This document shows positions 37,181 through 49,830 of a stretch of DNA of 64,000 nt, piece after piece (position 1 is the first letter of the stretch; every line of letters begins with the position of its first letter). The notes beneath the pieces were generated by a model. It saw nothing but the letters and a program-made list of their open reading frames with translations, was not told the origin of the DNA and did no database searches. The DNA is from Entomortierella parvispora E1425. Lineage: Eukaryota; Fungi; Mortierellomycota. The stretch lies in NCBI GenBank assembly GCA_020891255.1, contig BQFW01000007.1:806001-870000 (forward strand), in the 5' to 3' direction. The position numbers and the translations under genes were made by a program.

Positions 37181-38773
37181 TTAACAGATGACAACCTCAA
37201 TTTTTCTCTCTGCGGCAACCATTGACTCCTTTCTGATCTTGTACACCGACATGTCCACCTTGGGGTCAGAATTGTAGCCCCCTTGGAATACTGTCCATCG
37301 AGGCCAATGTTTCAACATCCAGCGAACTTCTGCCTCCCCAATTTCTGGTGTATCAATCGAGAACGAAAGCCTCTCCAATTGCTTCAGGGGACCCAGAGAT
37401 TCTAGACCATCCTCCAGTCTAAACTTCAGAAACTTGACCCCATTCATATGCGCAAAGTGGTAGTCGTATATCATCCTTGAAAGATTCCAGTGTCGAAGAG
37501 ATGTCAGACGACCGATCCGCCCAAAGATAATTTTCTGCGACAACGATGTGTCTTCCAGGACGAGACCAAAGCTGACGTACAGGTGGGTTAACCCTGAGCA
37601 TACCCATGGCCGAGGGTCCTCCATGATATCTCTGTCTTCGATCCATGGCGCCTTAAGGCTGGTAAGCGCTGGCAGACTGCACATCATATCCTGGACCATA
37701 GCGCCATTGATCCATTGCTGCGAGTATTGATTCAACTCCAAGATTCGAATCGTCTTCCAATGATGGGCTTTAATCAACCTCCATGAATCCTTTCCGAACC
37801 AGCTCCCTCTCAGCCTTAAACTCTCCAATGGCATACCTGCTCTTGTACTCAGGAATGGTAGAATCCCCTCCACCTCTTCCTTGGGATCAAATGCGATGGT
37901 GAGACTGGAAAGCCTAGGACAGTGTCGTAAACTTTTGGCCAGGCTTTCTCCTATGGACGTGGTTTGCTCGCCGCCAGCACGGGGGTCCCAATCCAATGAC
38001 TCCAAATCCGGAAACCACTCCAGAAATAAAAGCTCATCCTCCCAACAGGACAATCCATTTAGATTCCTCATCTCCAGCGTTTTAATCGTCGAGGTTATTG
38101 CTGTTTTGCCAAGTGCAGTTTTGAACAGATCCATTGCGGTGGGAGCATGCAAAGTGACCATTCCAGCACGCGATGTCAAAGAGGAAGGGTCTGTCTGAAT
38201 ATATAGCTCGACCATGCTCAAATGTGTCAGTCGAGACCAGATACCCCAACAGATAGGCCAGTCCTGCAACCGAACGCAAACCCCGACTGCGGTAAGTGAG
38301 TGCAAGGATGGGCAAGAACATGCGGCGCTCCAAAATGCGAAGTCAAGTCCCTGGTCTGGGTATCTAGAGACTGGGGAGCAGAAAGTCAAACTCTGGAGGC
38401 TCTCGCAATGACGAAGGACGAACGACCATTGGGCTGCGCCCTCCCAGCTGAGTATAAGATCTCGCAAGTGGGGACATGACAACGAGTCTAGGTACCATTT
38501 GTCATTTCCATCACAAGCTAGCTGTTGGATAAAGGCAGAGTATTTGTGGAGTGCGAGTTCAGACATGTGGTTGACAATAGGACGACTTTCGCCAGTAAAG
38601 GTAGAGAAGCGATTGCTGGCGATCTTCAGTTTCCTCCAGAGCCAAGGCGCGAATACGTTGTGCCATGCACGCGAGACTCGAGCGCAGACAAGGAGATCAC
38701 GTCGCCTCAGGAACCGCGCAAGATAGTGTTGTATCTCGGGTAGGTCGAGTGGATGCCGATGCGGATGCGACAT
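37181..38773 (-). CDS. F-box protein with RNI/LRR-like C-terminus, intronless
   Basis: N-terminal F-box (HPLDLPEIQHYLARFL...CARVSRAWHNVF) and C-terminal PRPWVCSGL..L motif, which is shared with the second F-box gene in this window. Confidence 0.88.
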   Translation of the reverse strand: MSHPHRHPLDLPEIQHYLARFLRRRDLLVCARVSRAWHNVFAPWLWRKLKIASNRFSTFTGESRPIVNHMSELALHKYSAFIQQLACDGNDKWYLDSLSCPHLRDLILSWEGAAQWSFVLRHCESLQSLTFCSPVSRYPDQGLDFAFWSAACSCPSLHSLTAVGVCVRLQDWPICWGIWSRLTHLSMVELYIQTDPSSLTSRAGMVTLHAPTAMDLFKTALGKTAITSTIKTLEMRNLNGLSCWEDELLFLEWFPDLESLDWDPRAGGEQTTSIGESLAKSLRHCPRLSSLTIAFDPKEEVEGILPFLSTRAGMPLESLRLRGSWFGKDSWRLIKAHHWKTIRILELNQYSQQWINGAMVQDMMCSLPALTSLKAPWIEDRDIMEDPRPWVCSGLTHLYVSFGLVLEDTSLSQKIIFGRIGRLTSLRHWNLSRMIYDYHFAHMNGVKFLKFRLEDGLESLGPLKQLERLSFSIDTPEIGEAEVRWMLKHWPRWTVFQGGYNSDPKVDMSVYKIRKESMVAAERKIEVVIC

Positions 38774-39210
38774 TGTTGGTTAGTAGCCAAGGAATAAATG
38801 CTGCGGACACGCGTGGCAATACTGAAATTCAAACGCGATGCTACAATCAAATGAATGAATGAATGAATGAAAGGGAGAATGGGGAAAAGAATGAAGAATT
38901 GTCGGTAGTTGGCAATCAGCAATCGGCGGTCGGCAGGGCTGTCCTTGGGGCTGTAAGGTTAATGGAAGGCAATGGAGGAGGACAAAGAATGCACTGTCGA
39001 CGTTGCATGTCACGACGCGTTGAGAAGACAGCGGGACCATTGTCAAAAAATTTATTTTATACGATCTTTTTTATCATATATTCGAACCCCTTCACATCGC
39101 GGACAATGAGGCATTGAATATGGCCACCAGAGGAATAATCAATAATAATGTGCAATTCTTTTATTCTATGGGTAATGTGGGGGGTGTATGACTATGATAT
39201 CTTTTTCTTT

Positions 39211-41010
39211 TTACAACGCCTTCGTGGCAGTCTTCTTCAACTGGTGCTTGGGCTTCATGCTTTCATCCGAAGCATCAGTGGGCTTTCCAAACTCATCAAA
39301 GGCATCGACCTCCTTGGCCTGTTTCTTCCATGTAGTCTGATCCATGCGAACCTTGGAGTTGTACTGCTCCTCGCTAGGCTTGCGGTAAGATCCTCCAACA
39401 CGATCCCACAAAGTAAAGTACTGTCCGTAGTTGTAGTTGAAGTACAAGTGGTGGACAGAGTGATGGGCAGCAGAGTTGATGGCTGGGTTCGACACCAAGT
39501 ACTCGCCGTCGTGGATCATAACTGACCACAAGTTCACAAAAGTAAACATGCCGAGGTACACGAACTGGTGCATGGGCACAAGGTACACGAACAAATGGTA
39601 GGGTACTGACTGTGAGTATCCATCCATGAAGTGGAAAGCGTGGGACGAGAAGGGAGTAGGGACAATCCACTTGTGATGAGGCTGGTAAAAAAAATGTGAA
39701 AGATGTTAGACTCTGACTTGAGGCAATAAATGATCCATCCTTGTGTTCTCCGACAACTAGCAGAGCTATCCTGATTGCTCCAATATCTCTCTCCGACCGA
39801 CTGGAAGCATGCACTGTTCGTGCCATGCAGCCTTTGTGTCCAAGAAAGAAAATTTTAGACCGTTGGGTGTGTGCTCCCAAGGATGCTGTGTCCAAGTGAG
39901 CGTCGCGTTGTGCATCCATTGTTGTTTCATTTTGACTTGTTTCGAATCTCGGCTGGCAAAGAGGAAGACTGTTGACAATGGCAAGTTGGGTATACACATT
40001 GATGGCTTGCCCTGGACCGAGTTCCCACGCAGTCGACTCCCGCAAGCTCTTGCTCTCGTATATCTATCGTCGCCGCCCTGTCACTTTTTTTGGAGTCCTG
40101 CTTCTGGTTCCTTTTGCCATAAAGTTGAAACCACGAACGTCGTTGTTACCTTGTGAAGACGCTTGTACAAGATGGGGTGATGCAACCAACGATGGATCCA
40201 GTAAATACCAAAGTCAGTGAACAACAAGAAAGTAATGACAGTGACGGCAACGTAACCCCAGCCGTCCATAAGAGGGGCGACCAAGGGAGCCAAAGGTCCA
40301 AAGTAAGCAGCACGTGCAGCAATGGTGGCATCAGCAGTGGCCTGAGCAGCAGCCAAAGAGGCGGCGGCAGCTTCGGCGGCAGCAACAGTGGCGTTGAAAC
40401 CAGTGTTGGATGACATGACGGCAGCAAAAGTCTCCTGGATCGACGAAGCAGGGGGGTTGAAGGTGGCAGAGGCACCCTTGGCAGCCTCAGTCGCGGCCAA
40501 GATGCTGTCTCTCAGGTAAATGTGCTTGTACAAACGACTCCAGCCACGGGCCTCGCCTAGGAACCAAGGCATGGTCATGATGGCAATACCAGGCAAGGCC
40601 TTCATTGACATTTGGATCTCGAGTTTGACTTGGTTCTTGAGGTATTTGGGGTGCTTTTGGTGGGCTTTGTCAAAGACAAAGTAGTACGACAACGTCGAGA
40701 AGGTGAAGTACATGAAAAGAGCGCCCATATAAGTGAGAGTCAGGAGAGAGAGGACCTGACGGACAATGTTATCTGGTGGCAAGTTGGCAAGGGTTTGACC
40801 CGAGGCCGTGGATGAGGAGACGACATTGGAAATGATGGAGGAGATGGTCTCAAGGGGTGATGAGGACGAGGAAGCGAGCTGGGCCTGGAGGTCTGACCAT
40901 GAAGGGATTGCAGCGATTCCAGCGACGAGATCGGGGATGGGGATAGCGGGGAATCGAGGGTAGAGTGCGTTGAGCAGGTGCTCATCGGTTTGCTCCAAGA
41001 CAAAGTCCAT
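39211..41010 (-). CDS. ERG3: Sterol C5-desaturase (fatty acid hydroxylase superfamily)
   Basis: Exons 41010-40150 and 39681-39211. His boxes HRWLHHP, HK|PHHKW, HAFH and HHSVHH, plus NYGQYFTLWDR. Confidence 0.93.
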
Positions 41011-41379
41011 GATGCGAGTATGCGATGCAAAGAGAGGATGGATGAAGAGTGAAGAAGAAGAAGAAGAAGAAGAGAAAAGAGAAAAGAAAGAGGAGCAAGA
41101 GAGGAAGAGATAAGCACCTCCGCCTGGTCCCTGTCCCTGGGAAACAAAGGCAAGGACAAAACGGGTTTTCCCTCTTCCCCTTTCCTCTTTTCCTCTGGTG
41201 TGGAATCCAAAAGAGGTGCGCAGATCGACGATCGGTGGCCTGATTCCACTGCAGAATCAGCCCACTATTTTTTGCTTTTTGGGATGCCTTTTTGGTGGCT
41301 TTGTGGCCCTGCAGCTGTCGTTCTCTTTGTTCCCTGCCTCTTTTCTGCTAGGCTGTCTGTCTAGAGGAACTATCCCACG

Positions 41380-41381
<2 letters not shown>

Positions 41382-41434
<53 letters not shown>
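41382..41434. repeat. (CT)26 microsatellite
   Basis: Perfect dinucleotide run between the ERG3 ATG and the stop codon of the upstream Sel1/DSF2-like gene. Confidence 0.95.
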
Positions 41435-41437
<3 letters not shown>

Positions 41438-41532
41438 CTCTCCTCTCTCTTGCTCTCTGCTCCTTTTCCATCTGATAAGGATCGATTGCTTTATTTGCAA
41501 GTTATTTCTGGGGTGCATCTGTGCTCGTCCCG

Positions 41533-43774
41533 CTAGCATCCCGCAGAGGGCGACCTTCGGTGGCCATGATGGTGTGAGTGTGGGAACAGACTCCATCGGT
41601 GCTTCTTCTTCTCTGGCTGCTGCTGCTGCTGCTGCCCAGACAAGACAGGGAGCACGGTTAGGTGAGTCAATTGCTCTGCTTGCCTCACTTTCAGCTCCAA
41701 TTGACTGGAAGAAATCAGGTCACCTGCAAGATTATAGGACCGTGTAGCCTTGCCTTCTGTCTTGCCTGGTTTCGACATGTTCCCGGCCAAAACAGGCGTC
41801 ACATTCTGTCCTTGACTCTGGTTCTGGTGGTGGCGGGAGTGATGTCCAAACGTTGACATCCACTTTGAAGGAAGAGAGGAAGCCATGTGGGTCGAGGGTG
41901 CTACCACTCCTGCTGTCGCCGACGCAATACCCATCGCAATTGAGGACATAGACCCTGCACCTATGGGCGATGAGGGCGACAGAGGTCCACCTGACTGACT
42001 GAGGCCCTGGTTGCGAGCTTCAGATTCCGCAGCTTCGTTGGCAGCATAGTTTTCACAATATTGATCATATTTGGGCTTGAAGATCCAAGAGTTGCCCAAC
42101 TGAGAGGCGCCCTGAGCCGACGCCAATCTGAAGTAACGCGCTGCCTCAAAATTATTCTTTTCAGTGCCTGTACCATCCAAAAAGCATTGAGCTACCTCGT
42201 TTTGTGAGTCTGGGTCGCCCTTTTAGATGCAAGAGAACGATCAAACGAAGGTTAGAATCACGGTAGATGATTGCGGATGAAATAAATCGACCATTTTTCT
42301 CACAATTTCTCGAGTCTTACCAAATCTGCCGCCAATTTGAAGTAATTGAAGGCAATGACCCTGTCCCTCGCAACACCCCAGCCTTTCAAAAAGGACATGC
42401 CGAGCTCGTACAGTGCCAGGACTAGTTCCTTGCGTGCTGTCACAGTGGCCGACTTTCTAGCCACGGTACTCATTCTCTTAAGTGCAAACGTGCCATGGGT
42501 GGGAGATGGCGGGGGATAGGTAGGCGACAATGGCTGCACATGAAGATGATCCTGTGTAGTAGCAGGTGCAGTAGCAGGTGCAGGCGCAGCTGGCTTTTGC
42601 TGGTAGCGCAAGGAGCGCTGCTGGATGATTCGGACGTTGGCCGAGTTGGACGGGTTCAATTCTTTCAGCTCGCTCATAGCATACTCCGCCGCGCCTTGAA
42701 GGTAAAACAGGGCTTCCTTCGGGTTTGCCTTACATCCCTAGGATCCACATCGAATGAATAAATGTCTCTCGGTAAGTTTTTGAATCAGGCGATTTTTTTT
42801 ATCTTTTTTTGAACTGTTTGCAACATCCGATTCTGATGGCGTGTTTCTTCTTACCCAGCCATGACGGAGCGACAGCCCATACATTAATTGACCCACTGGG
42901 TTCTCACTTTGGGCTGCAAGTCGGAAATAATAAGTTGCCTCCTCCAATTGATTGTCCTCGTGAAGTTCAATGGCTCTCTGGATATAAGCATCAGCCTCGG
43001 CCTCGCGTTGTTGAGCTGGGGTCAAGACCCTAGCGGCAACGGCAGGCGATAGTTGCTGCGAAGTTCGCTTCTTGTGCTGTACTCTTGCCTCCTCAAATGA
43101 AAGTGAACGACCCTCGGAGCTGCTGCTGTGGTTGTTGTCTGCAATGGTGGCGGTAATGGTTGTCATGACCTTTGGCTTTGAAGAACTTGCCCCAGTTTTG
43201 TTCAAGACCATCGGAGGCAGGGGAACCTCAGCCCGTGGTGAGTAAGGATGGAATGATTGCTGGGATGGGTCAAGTTGACTGAGGGTGGGTGGTTGGGGGT
43301 ATGAATGTTGTTGTGGCTGAATGTGCATTTGTTCAGACTGTTGGACCGCCTGGCTCCGGTGTTGATGGGGCTCATACAGATCCCACTCTTGGACTCTTGA
43401 TGGCCTTGGTTGAAGCGCCGGTGGACGAGCATCACTATGCTGTGGTTGCTGTTGGATCGACGGCGGTTGTAGTGGACTAGACTGAGGGCGTTGAGGAATC
43501 GGGGGCAGGGGAACAGGCGATGGTTCGCTGATAGAAAGATCTTCAATGGCGAGATCGCGAGCGACACTGGCAGACAATCCACTAGAAGCACGCGAAAGAA
43601 TATACGAGAAAAAAATAGTCAGGAACGATGTACCTGGCAAGGTAGTACGGTGTTTCTGCCTGCACATCTCTTGTTTGGACTGGTGGAACCAGGTGGGTTT
43701 GAAAATTACATTGGCTTGTTGGCTAAACCGGACTGTTGTCCGACAGGCCCTGTGTTCTCGGAGCTAAAGGTCAT
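41533..43774 (-). CDS. Short Sel1-repeat protein, DSF2/Nif1-like, 4 exons
   Basis: Probable ATG at 43774 (MTFSSENTGP...). Pro/Gln-rich N-terminus, then AIELHE.NQLEEATYYFRLAA...GQLMYGLSLRHGW|GCKANP, LALYELGMSFLKGWGV and GDPDSQNEVAQCFLDGTG. The start exon is inferred. Confidence 0.8.
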
Positions 43775-45901
43775 GTTTGAGTCAAGGACAGGAAAGATTG
43801 GCGGCAAATGATATAGTTGATGAATGAATGGATGGAGCTAGAGGTAGGGTATAAAAGAGTTGATGAAAAGAGAAATGGGGGATGAAGAATGTGGGAACGG
43901 GGAATGGTGTCAACGCTCATGCGAGAGCTCGAACGCGGCTGTGCTGGGACGAAAATAGATTTTGTGGTCCTCAAAGAGCGCTGTATTGGCGGTGAGGCGG
44001 GGGGCTGAAGACAGCCGCGCTTTTGGGCTTTGTGGCCTCATGTTTGGTGGCTCTTGCGGTTGCTGATGCTCTTCACTGTTTGCTGTTGTTGTTGCTTCAC
44101 AACTAGACCATTGTTGATGTTGTTGTGCTCACTTTTTTTCAGTCTGGGCCTGTCTGTGTTCGCGTTGGGACTTGGCTTCGTTGGATATGAACGCCACGTC
44201 TGTGCTTGAGCAACTCTTTATCACAATTCTCATCATCATCGGGCACTGTCGCCGTCACTGTCACTGCCATCGTAGTCGCCACCATCACATCACTACCAAC
44301 CACTGCCAGTCCAATCTGTCGTCTTCTCATCATGAAGGCGGCGGCACCAGAGCTTTGCTAGACCCTGGTGTTCGTCCCTGGAAAGGCTAGATCGACGGAA
44401 GGTGAAGCGTTTTGAGAGCCGCCAGTGAAAGTTGGCCTGGTCGTCGGGTTGGTCACACAAGACACTTAGCTCACCAACTTTGCCCTACCTGAACTCGATT
44501 TTCAACAGGTCCACCCTCTGCTTGCTCCGCAGGCGTGTGTCCAATGTTTGCAGCCTCGTCTCAACAAAGATGATCCAATGCATCCACAATGTGGTTCGGC
44601 ATTGGTACATTCTCAAAGTGTGGATGGCATTTTTGTTTTTGTTTTGGCCGATCAAAAAGGACTTCGGGAGAGGATCTGATCAAACTATTCAGGTGGTCCC
44701 CTGTTCTCAGGCACTGTTTTCACCCCCCTTTGTTTCGTTCAGTTGTGCCAGGTGACATGTTGGTAACGGTGTCGTCGGTACATCTGCACTTCCTTGCCCT
44801 GTCGACTGACAATAAGATGCAGAATGTTCTTGTTGTTTGTTTGTGCCGCTGTTGTTGCTGGGTTATTGTTTTTGTTGTTGCTGGTGCTCTTTCCCCTGCA
44901 GCAGAGAGATTGGCACACGATCGGAGCAGTTCTCCTCGTTCCTCCCAACCAAACCCTTTTTTTTTCTCTCTCTCTCTCTCTTTTGCCTCCTCAGTCCATC
45001 TCCTTGTTTCCGTAGTCAATGCAGTGGAGACCTTCAAGGAATTCAAGGCAGGCAAGCAAAACAAGCAGCATACGAAATCGGGGGCCTTGAGGGCAGCAAG
45101 CATGTCAGCAGGCTCTAGTCTGCGCGCCATTTTACACCACTGTGTCTATTCCTCTGTTGGGGTTTGAAGGTTGCCAAAATGAAAACTGGTCGGGGCGCAG
45201 AGCTGCCAGAACCAAAAGTGATGTGCACATGAGAGCAAAAGAGCAAAATGGCTGGCCAGACCCCCGCTCGACCGATCCTGCACCATGCAATCTGAATGGG
45301 ACCCATGCACACCAATCAAACAAACAAACAAAAAAAACAAAAAAACAAAAAAAAACGCACAACCGTGCATCCAAGCGATGCACACGCACCTTTCCTCTCT
45401 TTCTCTCTCTCTTCCTCTCCTTTGCTCCTCTTTCCTTCCTACCTTCTTCCATCCTCCCTTCTTGATCTTGCACCTTGACGTGCACGTCCTGTACCTTTCA
45501 TTCTTTCGCTCACATCTTCACCCTCCCTATCACGAAGCCCATCCATTCGCCCCACCCACACGACACGAAGGATACGCGTTGGACAAAGTAGCATTGTCAC
45601 CGCCACGTCAGGACCGTGTCCAAAAAAGAAGTCTGCACTGCCCTTTCTCTCTTTCTTTCCCTCGCTCTCTGTCTCTTTCTCTTTCTCCCACTCTTGTCGA
45701 TTGCATTCATCAGTTTTCCTCTCATTCCCCCATCTCTTCACAAAGTTTGCCATTTCACTCATCTACTCATCACTCCCTTCCACTCGCCGGCACTCGTGAC
45801 AGCTTGCTCCTATTCTCTCTGGGTCTCCTCTTTCCTGCACTACTGCCCTTGTTATCTTCTCCTATCATCTTTGACCCCCGGGAAAGAGTCGCTCCCAGTC
45901 C

Positions 45902-48900
45902 ATGACTGCCACTCGCTTGTGCGACAACATGATCCTTGATACAACTACCGAGGACCCTACCTACACAGCGCCTGCGGGAACCACAGCAACAAGAGATGGC
46001 AAATCAGAGGCCGTGCTCTCCTCCTTCACATCATCAACAACAGCAGCTACGACAGGAGGCAAGCTCATAGAAGAATGCCCCTTTCTACTCCTACCCAACG
46101 CCCGTTCACTCTCTTTGAATACCTCGACTTTCCCACTTTGCCAAACCAGTCGCCAGTGTCATCATGACACAAGATGGGGCAAGAGCGTTGTTGGTGACAC
46201 TGGCGGGAATTCTTCCTCCTGTAGTGATGAGGGCGAGAACAGAGCCATTGTTGATGGTCGTCCTACTGGTGAGAGTGTTGCTGTTGACACATTTGGTGCA
46301 CAGGCGCAAGCACCGGGCTTATCGTCGGCCAGATGCGGCCGTGGACAAGAAGGGGAAGAGGTTGTTTGTTGCACAAGCATTGAAGGTTGTGCCGCTGCTC
46401 GTGTCATTGCGGCTACGGCTGCCTCTTGTTCATTAGAGTCGCTCCCCCCTTTGGCCCAGTTGCCTACCGATGCAGTCCTAGCTCCCTCTTCTTCTTCTTT
46501 CTCCTCCTCCTCTTCTTCTCCTTCTTTACAGTCACCTTCACCCTCCTCTGCGCCACCTTCAACAGCTGCGATAAACATAGAGCCGACTGTGGCTGCAGCT
46601 GCTGCAGCGGCAACATCAACAACATCAGTAACTGAGCATCAACTCCAAGAACATCCGATCGCGTTCGAGGGCGATCTCCTCAGCCGACCTCCTGCACCGT
46701 CAAGGCTCTCCTTGACCTTGTCTCCCCCTCCTATGGCGCATCCAACTTTATCTCATTCCTCCTCGAGTCCCTCGACTATGTGCCCGTCCTCGCCCAACTG
46801 CTCCCCTTCTGCATTACCTTCGTCCTCCTCGTCTTCTTCCTCTCTCTCCTCGACCTTCTCCGCTTGGTCATCGTTCTCCAGCGCTCGATCTCGCTCCACC
46901 TCCTGCAGCACATCTTCGGACGCCTCACCATCACCCTTCCTCGAGAGCCTCCCCCCTCCATCGCTCATTGAAACACATCCGGCCCCGACCGACCCGTCAA
47001 CGGTTAACACAGCTTCTCCCTCGATCCATTGTGCAGACATTAAGACTCTTGTCCTGCAAGAGCATCGGACGTCGGATTCGAAATTAAAGGGACCATCCGT
47101 TGATACTGAAACCGGAATCTCGAGGTTGGGCGTTTTCCCTGACTCTTGTCCCTATATTTGTCCTAAGGAACATACCCAGGATTCCCAGAATGCATTTGAA
47201 CATCCCCACATCATATACCCCCATGCTCAGTACAGTGATGCTTCTTCTTCTTCCTCTTCTTCCTCTTCCTCTTCTTTCTCCACCCCTCCCTCTGCTTTAC
47301 CTCCCTGGACCCCCAATACCGACAGTGAACTTTATACACAGAATCCCTGGGATAGTTACCAGGAGCGGTGCGATGTGTTTGATGAGAATGAGGATGATGC
47401 AGCCTCGGATGAGAGACCGGGGCTCTTTTCTCAAGAGAGCGACGACTCGGATCCAGAGCTGAAACGGGCGCGGGATCAGCACCCGCCCATGTCGTTCAAA
47501 CGGAGAAAAGTGAGCGTGGACGAGTTGGAGATCCTTGGCGAGGACAACGGCGAGAGATCGCCGTCGTCTCGACCGAGCTCTGGGCGGACAGCTTCTTCAG
47601 CCGGTGCTGTTGAACGGCAGTCGAGACCAGCCAGTTGGCCTGCTAGAAAGCGTCGGAGCTTGTTGCCAGACTATAGCAGGAGTGTGGACCATGCTGATCA
47701 AGACCAGGATCAGCAGCCAGAACAGCAGCCAGAACAGCAGCAACAGCCTTCTTGCACACCCGATCTAGCCAACAATCTAGACACCTCGTCTTTGAGCTTG
47801 CTTTCCGCTACTTCGGCTTTGGTCTCTGCAGGTGCAGACTTGAGTCTCGATCTCGACAGTCAAGTCCCGGTGGCTTCGGTGCCGTCGCCCTCGGCAGAGT
47901 CTTCCTGCAGACAAGTCCCGGTCTTTTCAGTCTCCCTTCTGGACGATCTGTCGCCGCCACCTTCACTGCTGCCTATCCGATCTTCAAAAACGACAACGGC
48001 AGCAATCTCGACAAGCTGCAAGCGATCCTTCGAGGAGGCCATCGAGTTGACGCGTCCACTGGGGAATGACCCGGCCCTGGATCACTCTGGCTGGTTCGAG
48101 TCCAACAAAAGGCGGAAGGTGCATCATTTTCCCATGCGTTGGACCTCGACTTTGTCTCCTTCGCCTTACGTTAAGCTCATGTCGATGCGGGATTTCTGGG
48201 ACGTGATGAAGAGTCGGATCGACCTCTCCTGGCTGGACCTTTGGGCAGTTTTCAATGCCAACTCTCAATCGACGGCGTTCGACTGGTGTCAATGGCGCAA
48301 GAACTCTATTTGCAGTGGCGATCGGCCTGCAGACCAGGACCTGAGCAGCTCTATCTCTACATCTGATCAGGCTCTCCCAGACACGTCCGTTGTGGCAACC
48401 TTGAGGGCTTGCCCGAAACAACCAAAGGGCTTTGGATCAGTATCAGAATTCAGGACACAAAAAATAGTGATGCAGTATCCAAGCGCGGGTTTGTTGCTCA
48501 AGGGACTTTGGGAAGAAGAGGAAAAAAGCCGACGGGAGAGACAGATGATCCCCGATGGTGTTCACAAGCCGATGAGGAGCAAGATTCTCACGAGAAAGCC
48601 CCTTCCACGGATTGGTGCCTTGAGAATCTCTTCTCGATCTCTTCTCAGAGAATCAGACACTCCTTTCCAACAACTCACTTCCTCTTCCTCCTCGACGTCA
48701 GAATCCGTGTATGCGACTCCATCTGCTCCAGCACAGCATGACTGTGACTCACCTTCTCCTGAACCCAGTCAGGCAGAGTATGATGAGGTGGTCAGAAGAA
48801 AGAATGGTGTCACCACAGCCGTACCTGGTAAGAACAACATATACCCTTTTTTTTTGGACAATGCTTTGTATTCAACGCGCAATGAGTGCTCATCCTTTTT

Positions 48901-49830
48901 GATTTTTTGATTTTTTTTCTAGCTCACGCACTGTCGGAAGGCTATGATCTTGGAGATTACAAACCTTGGAAGGATGGAACGGTGCTCCCTCATCAAGGAT
49001 CCATCCCTCGACTGAATCAGCTTCGACAGTCGACATTGATGGAACCGTGGCCTCTGGAGGAGACCCAGGCCAAGGATGAATGTACTCGAATGTTGCACCG
49101 GATGCGCGAACAGCTCAATGTGGTCATCAACCTACAGATCCATCTCCGATCTCTTGTCAGATCCTCGGCCTTTGGTGCGATTTCAGCAGCAGATTCAGAC
49201 GCCACAGCAGCGAGTGATTCCACAGGAAAGAAAGAGTGCATGGCCGGCCCAACGACCTCGGGCTTTTCCTTGCCATCCAGTTCACAAATGTCATTTTTGC
49301 TGTCGATTCGTCACCCGGGTCAGGTCTCGATTGATCTGTTGAGAGCGCTCTACGGACCTGGGTTCTTGCAGACAAATGCATTCCGATCCATTGAGCAATT
49401 GCTTTGGGGTCCTCACCTCCATGTGCATCGTGAACGACTACCATCACCCAAGGCGGAATACCACCCTCGGTACACTTCACATGATGGCGGCGAGTACTGT
49501 CGCCAAGGTACTGCAGAGTACGGATACCAGAGTCACCAAGGAGAGCAAGTGTACAATAACAGCAATCACCACCACTATCACCACCAGGAAGACCATGGAT
49601 ACGATCATGGTTACCAGCATGAGCACAAGCATGAGCATGCGATGGAGGCACCATTGGACTCTAACTACTCTTCCCAATCTTCGCTCAAGGAGACAACCAC
49701 CACTACTACTACCATTGTCAATTCCACCATGTCAAAGGAAAAAATATCTATGGTGGCAGAGGGCCACGATCACCAGACGCAGGAGGACGCCATCCTGCAG
49801 CTTGAAGTCGGTTATGGCAACCGATTCTGA
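45902..49830 (+). CDS. Large uncharacterised Ser/Pro-rich protein, ~1277 aa
   Basis: Exon 45902-48827 (GTAAGA donor) joins exon 48923-49830 (TTCTAG acceptor) in phase. Mostly low complexity, with no family recognised. Confidence 0.72.

Noticed and set aside
39374-40045. 223-aa ORF running from the ERG3 intron into exon 2 in another frame
   Set aside because: No protein-like features; ERG3 splicing explains the region.
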